Below, one piece after another: positions 14,377 through 23,229 of a DNA stretch of 27,097 nucleotides. Numbering within the stretch: the stretch's first letter is position 1; the number at the start of each line of letters is the position of its first letter. This DNA is from an uncultured Candidatus Saccharibacteria bacterium (GTDB taxonomy: Bacteria; Patescibacteriota; Minisyncoccia; Phycocordibacterales; DATDWN01), in NCBI GenBank assembly GCA_964444765.1, contig CAYUID010000001.1, forward strand, positions 1-27,097. The letters run 5' to 3'. The notes beneath the pieces were generated by a model, which did no database searches, was not told where the DNA came from, and saw only the letters and a program-made list of their open reading frames with translations. The position numbers and the translations under genes are program-made.

Positions 14377-15447
14377 CTATTTTTGATTTTCCAAAAATTG
14401 AAAAACCAGCTCATTGGTCATAAAGTTTTCAACATACATCCTAACTCTAAATCTGTCGGCGTCCTTGTTGTGACTAAGTATGTGATCCATTTCTCTTTTA
14501 ACGGCTGTTTCCTCTGGTGAAATAGACTCTTTCTTTGCGATTGTATTGAGAATAAGTTGGGACTTGGCTCTCTTTGTGGCGATATCTCTCCATTCTGCTT
14601 TTAAATCACCTTCACTCTTTTTGACCGATTTAAGATAACGATCGAATTCCACACCAGAGAGTGATAAATCGTTTTTGAATTGAGCTAATATTTTGTCGTT
14701 TTCCGTTTCGATTATTATTTTTGGTAATTCAATCTTTGATTTTTCTATTATTTTATCCAAAAATTCTATTCTTTTTTTGTCTTTTTCCTTTAATTCTTTC
14801 TCAAGAAGAATATTTTCTTTTATTTTTGATTTCAAATCATCTAGGTCTTTAAAATTTCCCAACATTTTCAGAAAATTTGAATCGAGAGGCGGTAGGTCTT
14901 CGTCTTTCATTTCTCCATGGTCGTGGTTATGGTGATGAGGATCATCATTTTCGTGCATTTTCTGATGAGCTACATTTTTCCTTAAGTTCAGTATTGTTTC
15001 CTCGATTTCTTTTTCTGTAACTTCTGGCTTTTTTATCTCTTCGGAATTTTTTTCCTTGGCAATTTTTTTATAATTTGCAATTTCTATGACCGGAGTTAGA
15101 GAAGTTTTGGCTTTAAACTCGAGATCATTTCCTGGAGCGATTTTGGTTATGGTTATTTCTGGTCTGCCTATGGCGTCAATCTTGTTTTCTTCCAAAATGT
15201 TTGGATACTCTTCGGACAAAGCAATTTCAGCCGCTTCTTCAAGAAGTCTAAATTCACCGACTTTTTGAGCTACCAAATTTTCCGGAGCATTGCCTTTTCT
15301 AAAACCCGGGATTTCAACCGAATCTTTAAACTTGAGAAGTGCCTTATCTCTTAGAGCACTCATTCTTTCAGCGGCAATAGCTCCAAGTATCTCAACTTCT
15401 CTTTCCGGCAAGCTATTTATCTTTATATTTTTGTAGTTTTTACTCAC
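14377..15447 (-). CDS. tig: trigger factor lacking the FKBP PPIase domain
   Basis: Ribosome-binding motif GFRKGNAP and C-terminal domain present. A His-rich linker replaces the PPIase domain. GTG start. Confidence 0.88.
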   Translation of the reverse strand: MSKNYKNIKINSLPEREVEILGAIAAERMSALRDKALLKFKDSVEIPGFRKGNAPENLVAQKVGEFRLLEEAAEIALSEEYPNILEENKIDAIGRPEITITKIAPGNDLEFKAKTSLTPVIEIANYKKIAKEKNSEEIKKPEVTEKEIEETILNLRKNVAHQKMHENDDPHHHNHDHGEMKDEDLPPLDSNFLKMLGNFKDLDDLKSKIKENILLEKELKEKDKKRIEFLDKIIEKSKIELPKIIIETENDKILAQFKNDLSLSGVEFDRYLKSVKKSEGDLKAEWRDIATKRAKSQLILNTIAKKESISPEETAVKREMDHILSHNKDADRFRVRMYVENFMTNELVFQFLENQK

Positions 15448-15488
15448 AGCTTCTCCAGTCTATATATTAAACTTCCTCTTAGCAAGCC

Positions 15489-15524
15489 AAAATAAAACTG
15501 CCCAGATTTGAGCAGTTTTATTTT
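15489..15524. terminator. intrinsic terminator-like inverted repeat
   Basis: AAAATAAAACTGC/GCAGTTTTATTTT. Confidence 0.7.
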
Positions 15525-15542
15525 TTATCTACCTGTTTTTTG

Positions 15543-15815
15543 TTAGTTTAATTCCGGAGAAAGGTTGTCGACATTTGTGGCATTAATGTCGGTCTGAATT
15601 GAATTTAGATCATCGGATGAACTGGTACTTCTTATGGCAGCCGCTTCCTGGTTTTCTGTTGATGTTGGTTGCTGCGTAGTCTGAGAAATCAAAGCTTCTT
15701 TGGCTTTAGAATCCTCGATCCTCTTGCCCCAAAAGTACAATCCACCGAGAATGATCAAAGCGATAATGACAATTGTTCCGATTATCGAGCCGATTGATGA
15801 TTTGTTTTGTTCCAT
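15543..15815 (-). CDS. small single-pass membrane protein, hypothetical
   Basis: N-terminal TM helix IIGTIVIIALIILGGLYFW and a polar S/T/Q tail. Confidence 0.75.
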   Translation of the reverse strand: MEQNKSSIGSIIGTIVIIALIILGGLYFWGKRIEDSKAKEALISQTTQQPTSTENQEAAAIRSTSSSDDLNSIQTDINATNVDNLSPELN

Positions 15816-15817
15816 GT

Positions 15818-16429
15818 TTAGCTTTGTACGTTAGCTGATGTGGTTGCGTGTAATTGGGACTGACCTCTTAGGCTACCTACGGTTTTCATGAGAGCCTGGT
15901 GCCCCTCTCTTAGGTGTTCCTCTACGGTTTTGGCCAATTTTCTCAAATTTGCCCGAGCGTTTCTAGCTTCTGTTGTCGAAGCATTGACATCTATACCTAT
16001 AGAGGCGTCAGCGGCTGCCTTGAGAGCGGCTAGGGAAGTGCTGGCCTCATCGATATGCATCTTTGCCTCAAGGGAGAATTTTTCTGCTTCAGTAGTATTG
16101 CCTCCCATTGACTTTATTTTCAATATTCTTGTCTCGATCCTAGCTCTGATAGCGTTTTCTCTGTCTATTGTTGCCTGGAGTCTATCAAAGAGTCTATCGA
16201 AACGATGTTCAAACTTGGCCTTCATCATCATTAAAAAGTTTTCCTTGTTTGTTGATGATGAGTTTTGTCTCTCCATCATTCTCTCTTTTAATTCCTCCAT
16301 CATGCCACCTCTGGTGGTGCTAGCATTGACGTTTACAGAAGCGTTGGCCGATACAGTCAAAGCGTAAGCAGCTGACCCGGGTCCAAAGACCAGAGCTAGT
16401 GCTGCAATATGCAATAGTATTTTTTTCAT
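15818..16429 (-). CDS. secreted coiled-coil hypothetical protein
   Basis: Sec signal peptide ending SAAYA, helical Arg/Glu-rich body. Stop lies 2 nt before the next ATG. Confidence 0.75.
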   Translation of the reverse strand: MKKILLHIAALALVFGPGSAAYALTVSANASVNVNASTTRGGMMEELKERMMERQNSSSTNKENFLMMMKAKFEHRFDRLFDRLQATIDRENAIRARIETRILKIKSMGGNTTEAEKFSLEAKMHIDEASTSLAALKAAADASIGIDVNASTTEARNARANLRKLAKTVEEHLREGHQALMKTVGSLRGQSQLHATTSANVQS

Positions 16430-16543
16430 TTTGTGAAGTTAATTATGATAATTGAGCATTATACACCTATGTTTTTATCCAGTAAACGCTCAGTTTAATA
16501 GACGAAATTTGATTAATATTATTACTAATTGTATATTTTGAGC

Positions 16544-17473
16544 ATGATAAAAGTTTTCGGACACATTTCCCCTGACACAGATACAACAGGTAGTGCCATA
16601 GTTTGGGCATGGTACTTGAACAAACATAGGTCGGAACCAGCCACACCTTATGTTTTGGGGCCACTTAATAAAGAAGCTAGCTTTGTCCTCTCCAGATGGA
16701 AAACTCCCGAGCCAGAGCTTCTAGAGACCATAAATCCGGGTGAGGATGTGGCCATAGTTGATACAAACAATCCACAAGAATTGCCAATAAATATAGGGGA
16801 AGCCAACATTATCTCGATTATTGATCACCACAAACTCTCTGGTCTTTCAACCAAGTCTCCAACAGAAGTTATTGTAAAACCTCTAGCCTCTACGGCCACT
16901 CTTCTTTACGATCTCATGGGAGAAGATAACCAGAATCTGCCAGAAAACATATCGGGTATACTTCTTTCGTGCATTCTCTCTGACACTTTGGCTTTTCGAT
17001 CGCCAACAACAACTTCTCACGACAAAGATGTAGCAGAAAAATTGGCAAAAAAATTAAAAATAAATATAAATAGTTACGCTGATGAATTATTTTCAGCCAA
17101 ATCTGATGTCTCTGACTTTACCGATACTGGTCTCATCCATATTGATAGTAAAAAATTTGAAGTTGGAAGCAAAAACATCCGCGTTTCAGTTATAGAAACG
17201 ACAAATCCAAAATCTATTCTCGATAGAAAATCTGGTTTGGTCTCCGCTATAAAAGGAATTTTAGCCGAAGAGAAAGATACATTTGATGTTCTCCTTTTTG
17301 TTATAGATATTTTCAAAGAAGAAGCAACAGTTTTGACCTACAATCAATTTACAAAGGATTTATTCGCCAACTCTTTTGGTGTTTCGGTTGATAGCGACAC
17401 AAAAATCCTACCCGGAGTTGTTTCCAGGAAAAAACAAATCATTCCAAGCTTAAAGTTACCTCCAGGTTACTGA
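16544..17473 (+). CDS. ppaC: manganese-dependent inorganic pyrophosphatase (family II, DHH)
   Basis: GHISPDTD, VDTN, IIDHH, ILSDT, VVSRKKQIIP. Start moved to 16544. Confidence 0.93.
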   Translation: MIKVFGHISPDTDTTGSAIVWAWYLNKHRSEPATPYVLGPLNKEASFVLSRWKTPEPELLETINPGEDVAIVDTNNPQELPINIGEANIISIIDHHKLSGLSTKSPTEVIVKPLASTATLLYDLMGEDNQNLPENISGILLSCILSDTLAFRSPTTTSHDKDVAEKLAKKLKININSYADELFSAKSDVSDFTDTGLIHIDSKKFEVGSKNIRVSVIETTNPKSILDRKSGLVSAIKGILAEEKDTFDVLLFVIDIFKEEATVLTYNQFTKDLFANSFGVSVDSDTKILPGVVSRKKQIIPSLKLPPGY

Positions 17474-18646
17474 TTACTCCTCAGAGACTTCTTCGGAAAT
17501 CTCATCTTTTAGAACGGCAGCTTCTTTCAATTCTTCTTTTTTACCTCCAAGAGATTGAATATCAATCTTCCAACCAGTTAGTTTTGCCGCTAGCCTGACA
17601 TTTTGTCCACCTTTTCCTATAGCAAGCGATTGCTGGTCTTCAGAGACCATTACCGAAGCTTGTTTTTCCGCCTCATTTATTGTTACTGATAAAGTTTTGG
17701 CAGGGGAAAGAGCATCCTCAATAAATTTTTTAGGATCCTCTGACCATTCTATAATGTCTATTTTCTCTCCGTGGAGCTCGGCCATAACAGTGGACACTCT
17801 TACTCCTCTCTGCCCGACCATGGAACCAACAGGGTCAATATGAGGATCTTTTGATAGAACCGCCACTTTTGTTCTTGAGCCAGCTTCTCTAGCGATTGAT
17901 TTTATTATGACTACACCATTAGCGATTTCAGGAGCCTCGGTTTCAAAAAGTTTTTCCATAAATTTTGGATGACTTCGAGAAAGTCTGAGGAAAACACCCT
18001 TTCCAGATTCTTCAACTCTATACAAATATGCTCGAAGTCTCTCTCCTTGGGCGAATCTCTCTCCGGGTATCTGTTCCTCGTAAGGAAGCAGGCCAGTGGC
18101 CCTACCCATATCGACAAATATGTTTCCTCTTTCTATTCTTTGAACTGTTCCGGTGACAATTTCACCCTCTCTTTTGCCGTACTCACTCATGACAGAAACT
18201 TTTTCTGCCTCACGGATTTTTTGCATGATGACTTGCTTGGCAGTTTGAGCAGCAATTCGGCCGTAATCCTCCTGATGTTCTAGAGGGAAAATCATTTCCT
18301 CACCCAATGCCGCATCTTTCTTTATTCTTCGAGCATCACTCAAGAGAATATGTTTTTCAGGATTATATAATTCTTTTTCTATCTCACCTTCGGCCAATGT
18401 TTCTGGCAGTTCACTCTCGTCCATTGCCACAGTCGAACTGTCGACGACGATTTTGACCTGAAACATTTCAGTTTTTCCAGTATTGAGATCAAATTTGGCT
18501 CTGATTATCTGACCCTTCTTGCCATACTGCCTTTTATAGGCAGTAGCTAAAGCCAGCTCTATGGCCTCCATTATTTTTTCTCGAGGTATTCCTCTCTCTT
18601 CTTCTAGCTGAGTCAGAACTGACCCTATTACTTTTAAATCAACCAT
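17474..18646 (-). CDS. nusA: transcription termination/antitermination factor NusA
   Basis: GRIAAQTAKQVI, S1 domain, AREAGSRTKVAV, LAIGKGGQNVRLAAKLTGWKID. Confidence 0.97.
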   Translation of the reverse strand: MVDLKVIGSVLTQLEEERGIPREKIMEAIELALATAYKRQYGKKGQIIRAKFDLNTGKTEMFQVKIVVDSSTVAMDESELPETLAEGEIEKELYNPEKHILLSDARRIKKDAALGEEMIFPLEHQEDYGRIAAQTAKQVIMQKIREAEKVSVMSEYGKREGEIVTGTVQRIERGNIFVDMGRATGLLPYEEQIPGERFAQGERLRAYLYRVEESGKGVFLRLSRSHPKFMEKLFETEAPEIANGVVIIKSIAREAGSRTKVAVLSKDPHIDPVGSMVGQRGVRVSTVMAELHGEKIDIIEWSEDPKKFIEDALSPAKTLSVTINEAEKQASVMVSEDQQSLAIGKGGQNVRLAAKLTGWKIDIQSLGGKKEELKEAAVLKDEISEEVSEE

Positions 18647-18675
18647 ACGATTTTTATGAATTTTGGTAAAAAATT

Positions 18676-18695
18676 AGCCCGCCGGGAGGCGAACT
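18676..18695 (-). promoter_or_regulatory. hairpin plus U-rich tract in the nusA leader
   Basis: AGTTCGCC-TCCC-GGCGGGCT followed by AATTTTT, about 30 nt before the nusA ATG. Confidence 0.45.
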
Positions 18696-18814
18696 TCATC
18701 CACCCCATACTATCACTACCCATTATCATTGTCAAATATTTCATATTTTATCCCTTGTGAATACGGCCATACGATATTAATCTCCATTTTGCTATAATTA
18801 ATTCATAATTTTCT

Positions 18815-20566
18815 ATGCACATTGAGGAATCTCAATTAAAAAATTTTATTCTCGACTCTGGTCTGGTGTCAAAAGCTGATATTGAAGAGGCCGAGAAAGA
18901 ATCCAAAGAAAAAGGGGCAAACTTGGGTAAAATTTTGATAAACCAAGGCAAGCTTACCGAAGACGATGTCCGAAGAATGCAGGCCTACATACTCGGTATA
19001 CCATTTGTAGATCTGAAAGGAGAGAAGATTACTTTTGATGTCCTATCTCTTATTCCTGAACCAATTGCCAGAAACCACAACATCGTAGCTTTCAAGAAAA
19101 GTGATACTGCTCTTGAGGTTGCCATGCTTGATACCGAGGACTTAACAGCCATAGATTTCATAAAAAAGAAAGTTGGTCTCAAAATTTTGCCGAGATTAAC
19201 CGATGCTGACTCAATAAAGAGTGCAGTCCTGCAGTATCAGAAATCTCTCAAGGCAGAATTTGGCGATCTTATCCAATCAGACGTTGGCCAAGTGAAAAGT
19301 ATTCCTGAAGACAAGTTGGAAGAGCTTGGAGCGGAGGATTTGAAGAAAATGGCTGACGATATTCCTATGATTCGTATCGTCGATACTCTCTTAAAACACG
19401 CCATCATACAAAAAGCATCTGATATTCATATAGAACCACAAGAGGCACAACTACTTATTCGTTACAGAATAGATGGAATTCTTCATGATGCCATGGTTTT
19501 ACCAAAAAATATGGCGCCGAGTATCGTTGCCCGTATAAAAGTTCTTTCTTCTTTGAAACTCGATGAAAAAAGATTGCCTCAAGATGGTAGATTCAAAATA
19601 GATTCTGATGGAGATAAAGTTTCCTTCCGTGTTTCAACTCTGCCAACTCATTTTGGTGAAAAAATTGTTATGAGGTTACTTAGAGATGATGTTTCTGGTT
19701 TTACTCTTGAAGATTTGGCTTTTCATGGAGAAGGTTTGGAAAGAATTCATAGGGCTCTTAAATCTACAACCGGGATGATTTTGGCCACAGGACCAACAGG
19801 CTCAGGAAAAACTACAACCCTCTATACAATTTTGGATATTTTGAATACACCGGACGTCAATATTTCCACAATTGAAGATCCAATCGAGTACCAAATGAAA
19901 AGAGTTAACCAAACTCAAGTTAGACCAGAAATTGGTTTTTCTTTTGCATCTGGTTTGAGAACACTTGTTCGTCAGGACCCTGACATTATTATGGTTGGAG
20001 AGATTCGTGATAATGAAACTGCCTCTTTGGCAGTTAACGCCTCCCTTACAGGACATGTTGTTCTCTCGACTCTCCACACAAACTCTGCTGCAGGAGCTAT
20101 CCCAAGGCTTATAGACATGAAAGTTGAGCCGTTTCTTATAGTTTCGACTGTAAATATAATCATTGGACAAAGGCTTGTTAGAAAATTGACCGATCAAAAA
20201 GATAAATATTTTTTGACTAAGGCTGAGATCTCGACTCTTGAGAAGTCGGTTAACCTTAAAAAGGTTTTGGATGCACTAAGAGAAGAAAAAATTGTTGGAA
20301 AATCAGATGATTGGGACAAAATTCCGTTTTACAGACCTAAAAAAGGAGCAAAAGAGGATGAAGCTTTTTCTGGAAGAAGTGGAATTCATGAAGTACTGAA
20401 GGTTTCTCCTGCAATAAAGGATGTTATTTTGAAATCTGGTACATCAGACGACATTCAAAAGGTTGCTGATGCAGAAGGCATGCTAACCATGATGGAGGAT
20501 GGGATTTTCCAAGCCGTTCAGGGTCGAACAACCATTGAGGAGGTGCTTCGAGCCATTTCAGATTAA
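18815..20566 (+). CDS. pilB: type IV pilus assembly ATPase PilB/GspE
   Basis: ASDIHIEP, RLPQDGRF, Walker A GPTGSGKTTT, EDPIEY, RQDPDIIMVGEIRD, TGHVVLSTLH. Confidence 0.93.
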   Translation: MHIEESQLKNFILDSGLVSKADIEEAEKESKEKGANLGKILINQGKLTEDDVRRMQAYILGIPFVDLKGEKITFDVLSLIPEPIARNHNIVAFKKSDTALEVAMLDTEDLTAIDFIKKKVGLKILPRLTDADSIKSAVLQYQKSLKAEFGDLIQSDVGQVKSIPEDKLEELGAEDLKKMADDIPMIRIVDTLLKHAIIQKASDIHIEPQEAQLLIRYRIDGILHDAMVLPKNMAPSIVARIKVLSSLKLDEKRLPQDGRFKIDSDGDKVSFRVSTLPTHFGEKIVMRLLRDDVSGFTLEDLAFHGEGLERIHRALKSTTGMILATGPTGSGKTTTLYTILDILNTPDVNISTIEDPIEYQMKRVNQTQVRPEIGFSFASGLRTLVRQDPDIIMVGEIRDNETASLAVNASLTGHVVLSTLHTNSAAGAIPRLIDMKVEPFLIVSTVNIIIGQRLVRKLTDQKDKYFLTKAEISTLEKSVNLKKVLDALREEKIVGKSDDWDKIPFYRPKKGAKEDEAFSGRSGIHEVLKVSPAIKDVILKSGTSDDIQKVADAEGMLTMMEDGIFQAVQGRTTIEEVLRAISD

Positions 20567-20570
20567 AATT

Positions 20571-21785
20571 ATGCCACTTTTTCGCTACAAAACATTGAGC
20601 CCTGATGGTCGAATAGTCGAAGGAATTCAGGAGGCCAAAGATAGATTTGCTCTTTACCATTCTGTAAAACAAGATGGTAGTACTGTTATTTTTGCCACTG
20701 AAGCTAAACAGAAAAATCTATTCCTCACCACATCTCTTGCTCTGTTTAACACGGTTGGTACTCACGATAAAATTCTTTTCGCTAGAAACTTGGCAAAGAT
20801 GCTCCAGGCGGGGCTACCTTTAACTAGAGGCATATCGATTATAGAAAGGGAGTCCAGGGGAGAATTCAAGAAAATTCTTGGAAAGATTAATGATTCATTG
20901 GCAAAAGGGGATACTCTAGGGGATTCTCTCAAGATGTATCCAAAAGTTTTTTCCTCACTTTTTGTATCTATGGTTAAAGCTGGTGAAGAGTCAGGAAACC
21001 TTTCCAATGCCTTGGAGAATGTCAGTACTCAAATGGAGAAGACATATCTCTTGAATAAAAAAATCAGAGGAGCACTCATCTATCCAGCGGTTATCCTCTG
21101 TCTTATGGTGGCAATTGGAGTTTTGATGATGATATATATGGTGCCAACACTGACGTCGACGTTTAATGGTCTCGGAATAAAACTCCCTCTATCAACTAGA
21201 ATAATAATTGGTTTAAGCAATTTTCTTGTCTCTTATTTTGTTTTGGTTGTTATAGGAGTTGTTGGTCTGTTTTTCCTTACACTTTTCTCCATTCGAACAG
21301 AGAAAGGTCAAAGAATGCTTGATTTTCTCTTTCTTCACATACCTATAGTCAAAAATATGGTTAAACAAGTGAATGCTGCACGTACTGCCAGGACGCTTTC
21401 TTCTCTAGTTTCATCTGGTGTAGACATCGTTATCGCTATAAGTGTAACAAAAGATGTTCTTCAGAATTCTTATTACAAAAAAGTTCTAAGTGAGATAGAG
21501 TCTGTCATTCAAAAAGGTGGTCTAGTCTCTGCCGTTTTTTCATCCCATCAGGATCTCTATCCAGTTTTTGTCTCCGAAATGGTTGCAGTGGGTGAAGAGA
21601 CAGGAAAAATAGGGGATATGCTTCTCTCCGTTGCCAATTTTTACGAGGAGGAGATAGATCAGAAGACAAAAGATATGTCATCCGTCATAGAACCCTTCCT
21701 GATGATTTTTATCGGTCTTGCAGTAGGATTTTTTGCCATCTCGGTTATTACTCCAATTTATTCGATAGGTCAAAGTATAAGTTAA
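20571..21785 (+). CDS. pilC: type IV pilus platform protein PilC/GspF
   Basis: Two T2SSF repeats (KAGEESGNL, VGEETGKI). Start moved to MPLFRY at 20571. Confidence 0.93.
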   Translation: MPLFRYKTLSPDGRIVEGIQEAKDRFALYHSVKQDGSTVIFATEAKQKNLFLTTSLALFNTVGTHDKILFARNLAKMLQAGLPLTRGISIIERESRGEFKKILGKINDSLAKGDTLGDSLKMYPKVFSSLFVSMVKAGEESGNLSNALENVSTQMEKTYLLNKKIRGALIYPAVILCLMVAIGVLMMIYMVPTLTSTFNGLGIKLPLSTRIIIGLSNFLVSYFVLVVIGVVGLFFLTLFSIRTEKGQRMLDFLFLHIPIVKNMVKQVNAARTARTLSSLVSSGVDIVIAISVTKDVLQNSYYKKVLSEIESVIQKGGLVSAVFSSHQDLYPVFVSEMVAVGEETGKIGDMLLSVANFYEEEIDQKTKDMSSVIEPFLMIFIGLAVGFFAISVITPIYSIGQSIS

Positions 21786-22250
21786 ATGAAAAAAATATAT
21801 AAAAAAGGATTCACAGTTGTCGAACTTCTGGTTATCTTGGGAGTATTGATTCTTTTAGTTTCGATTTTTCTCTCAACTTTTGTTCAGTTTCGAAAACACC
21901 AATCTCTTCTAATGGACACGGACACTATTGTCGGAGTTCTAAGACAGGCCAGAAACCAAACTCTGTCTTCACAAAACTCGGTCAATTATGGGGTTCACAT
22001 CACCGCTCCAACCGTCACTCTTTTTGTTGGTCCATCATACTCTGCCGGCGCGGGTAACAATCAGGTTTTCAGCCTTAGCTCCACTGACACTATAGTTAAT
22101 GTGGCCCTAACTGGCGGAGGTAGTGACGTTATTTTCAACCGGCTTTCTGGTGAGACAGCTCAAAATGGTTCAATCACTGTTTCATCTCCTGGTATACCAG
22201 AGAATAAAACTGTTACAATATATAAAACTGGCCTGGTCGACTCCCAGTAG
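21786..22250 (+). CDS. minor pilin (FimU/GspH-like)
   Basis: Class III signal KKG|FTVVELLV. Confidence 0.85.
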   Translation: MKKIYKKGFTVVELLVILGVLILLVSIFLSTFVQFRKHQSLLMDTDTIVGVLRQARNQTLSSQNSVNYGVHITAPTVTLFVGPSYSAGAGNNQVFSLSSTDTIVNVALTGGGSDVIFNRLSGETAQNGSITVSSPGIPENKTVTIYKTGLVDSQ

Positions 22251-22251
22251 A

Positions 22252-22719
22252 ATGAAAAAAACAAAAGGCATAACTTTAGTTGAAGTTTTGATTGGAGCAG
22301 CTATTATCTCCGTTGGTGTTCTTGCTGCCATTTCTTCTTTCAATGTCTATGTTAGTTATGCTCTAGCAAATGAGAAAAATGTTGGGGCTGCATACCTGCT
22401 AGAAGAGGGAGTTGAAGTCATGACTTTTATGAGGGATCAAAACTGGGTCAATATTTCAAAACTTAGTACAACAACAACATACTATCTGACATGGAACGGC
22501 AGTGCTTGGGCCACAACGACCACCCCACAATATGTAGATGGAGTTTATTTAAGAAGCATAACAGTTTCTGATCTACAAAGGGATGCCAATGACGATATCG
22601 TCCAGAACGGAGGGACATACGATCCGAATACAAAGCAGATAAATTCCACTGTTTCATACTGGCAAGGTCATGCTACAACAACCAAAACCGTTTCAACTTA
22701 TTTGGGTAATTTTTATTAG
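22252..22719 (+). CDS. minor pilin (PilV-like)
   Basis: Class III signal KG|ITLVEVLIG. Start moved to 22252. Confidence 0.85.
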   Translation: MKKTKGITLVEVLIGAAIISVGVLAAISSFNVYVSYALANEKNVGAAYLLEEGVEVMTFMRDQNWVNISKLSTTTTYYLTWNGSAWATTTTPQYVDGVYLRSITVSDLQRDANDDIVQNGGTYDPNTKQINSTVSYWQGHATTTKTVSTYLGNFY

Positions 22720-23229
22720 ATGAAAATAAAATCTTTTAAAAAAGGATATTCTTTAGTCGAAATGCTGATTTACGTCGGTATTCTTTCCATCACTTCTCTC
22801 CTTATTGTTAACACAGTTATTTCTTTCTCACGTTCTTATAAAGATGTTGTGGCTTTGAGGATCGTCGATAACTCGGCCATGGATGCACTGGAGAGAATAA
22901 CTCGTGATATTCGTGGAGCAACAAGTATAGATACTGGAAACAGTACTTTCAACTCGAGCCCGGGAGTTTTGACTTTAGTTAAAACCACAAACGGTGTTAG
23001 CACAACGACAAAATATTATATTCAAAACGGAATTATAAAAGCGGATGTAAATGGAACATATTTTGGTCCTGTCACTCTTTCCTCCGCTAGTGTCACAAGT
23101 CTTATATTCCGTAAGATAGATAGTGCAAACTCGAGTGCTATAAAGATCGACATGACAATTACTGGCACATCGGGGCAATCAAGTAAGACCAAAAATTATT
23201 ACGTAACCACGGTGATGAAGATAATATAA
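22720..23229 (+). CDS. minor pilin (PilW-like)
   Basis: Class III signal KKG|YSLVEMLIY. Confidence 0.85.
   Translation: MKIKSFKKGYSLVEMLIYVGILSITSLLIVNTVISFSRSYKDVVALRIVDNSAMDALERITRDIRGATSIDTGNSTFNSSPGVLTLVKTTNGVSTTTKYYIQNGIIKADVNGTYFGPVTLSSASVTSLIFRKIDSANSSAIKIDMTITGTSGQSSKTKNYYVTTVMKII

Noticed and set aside
1382-17473. Alternative genetic code 25 (UGA=Gly)
   Set aside because: xer and ppaC end at TGA at their expected family lengths, and full-length genes translate cleanly with code 11.
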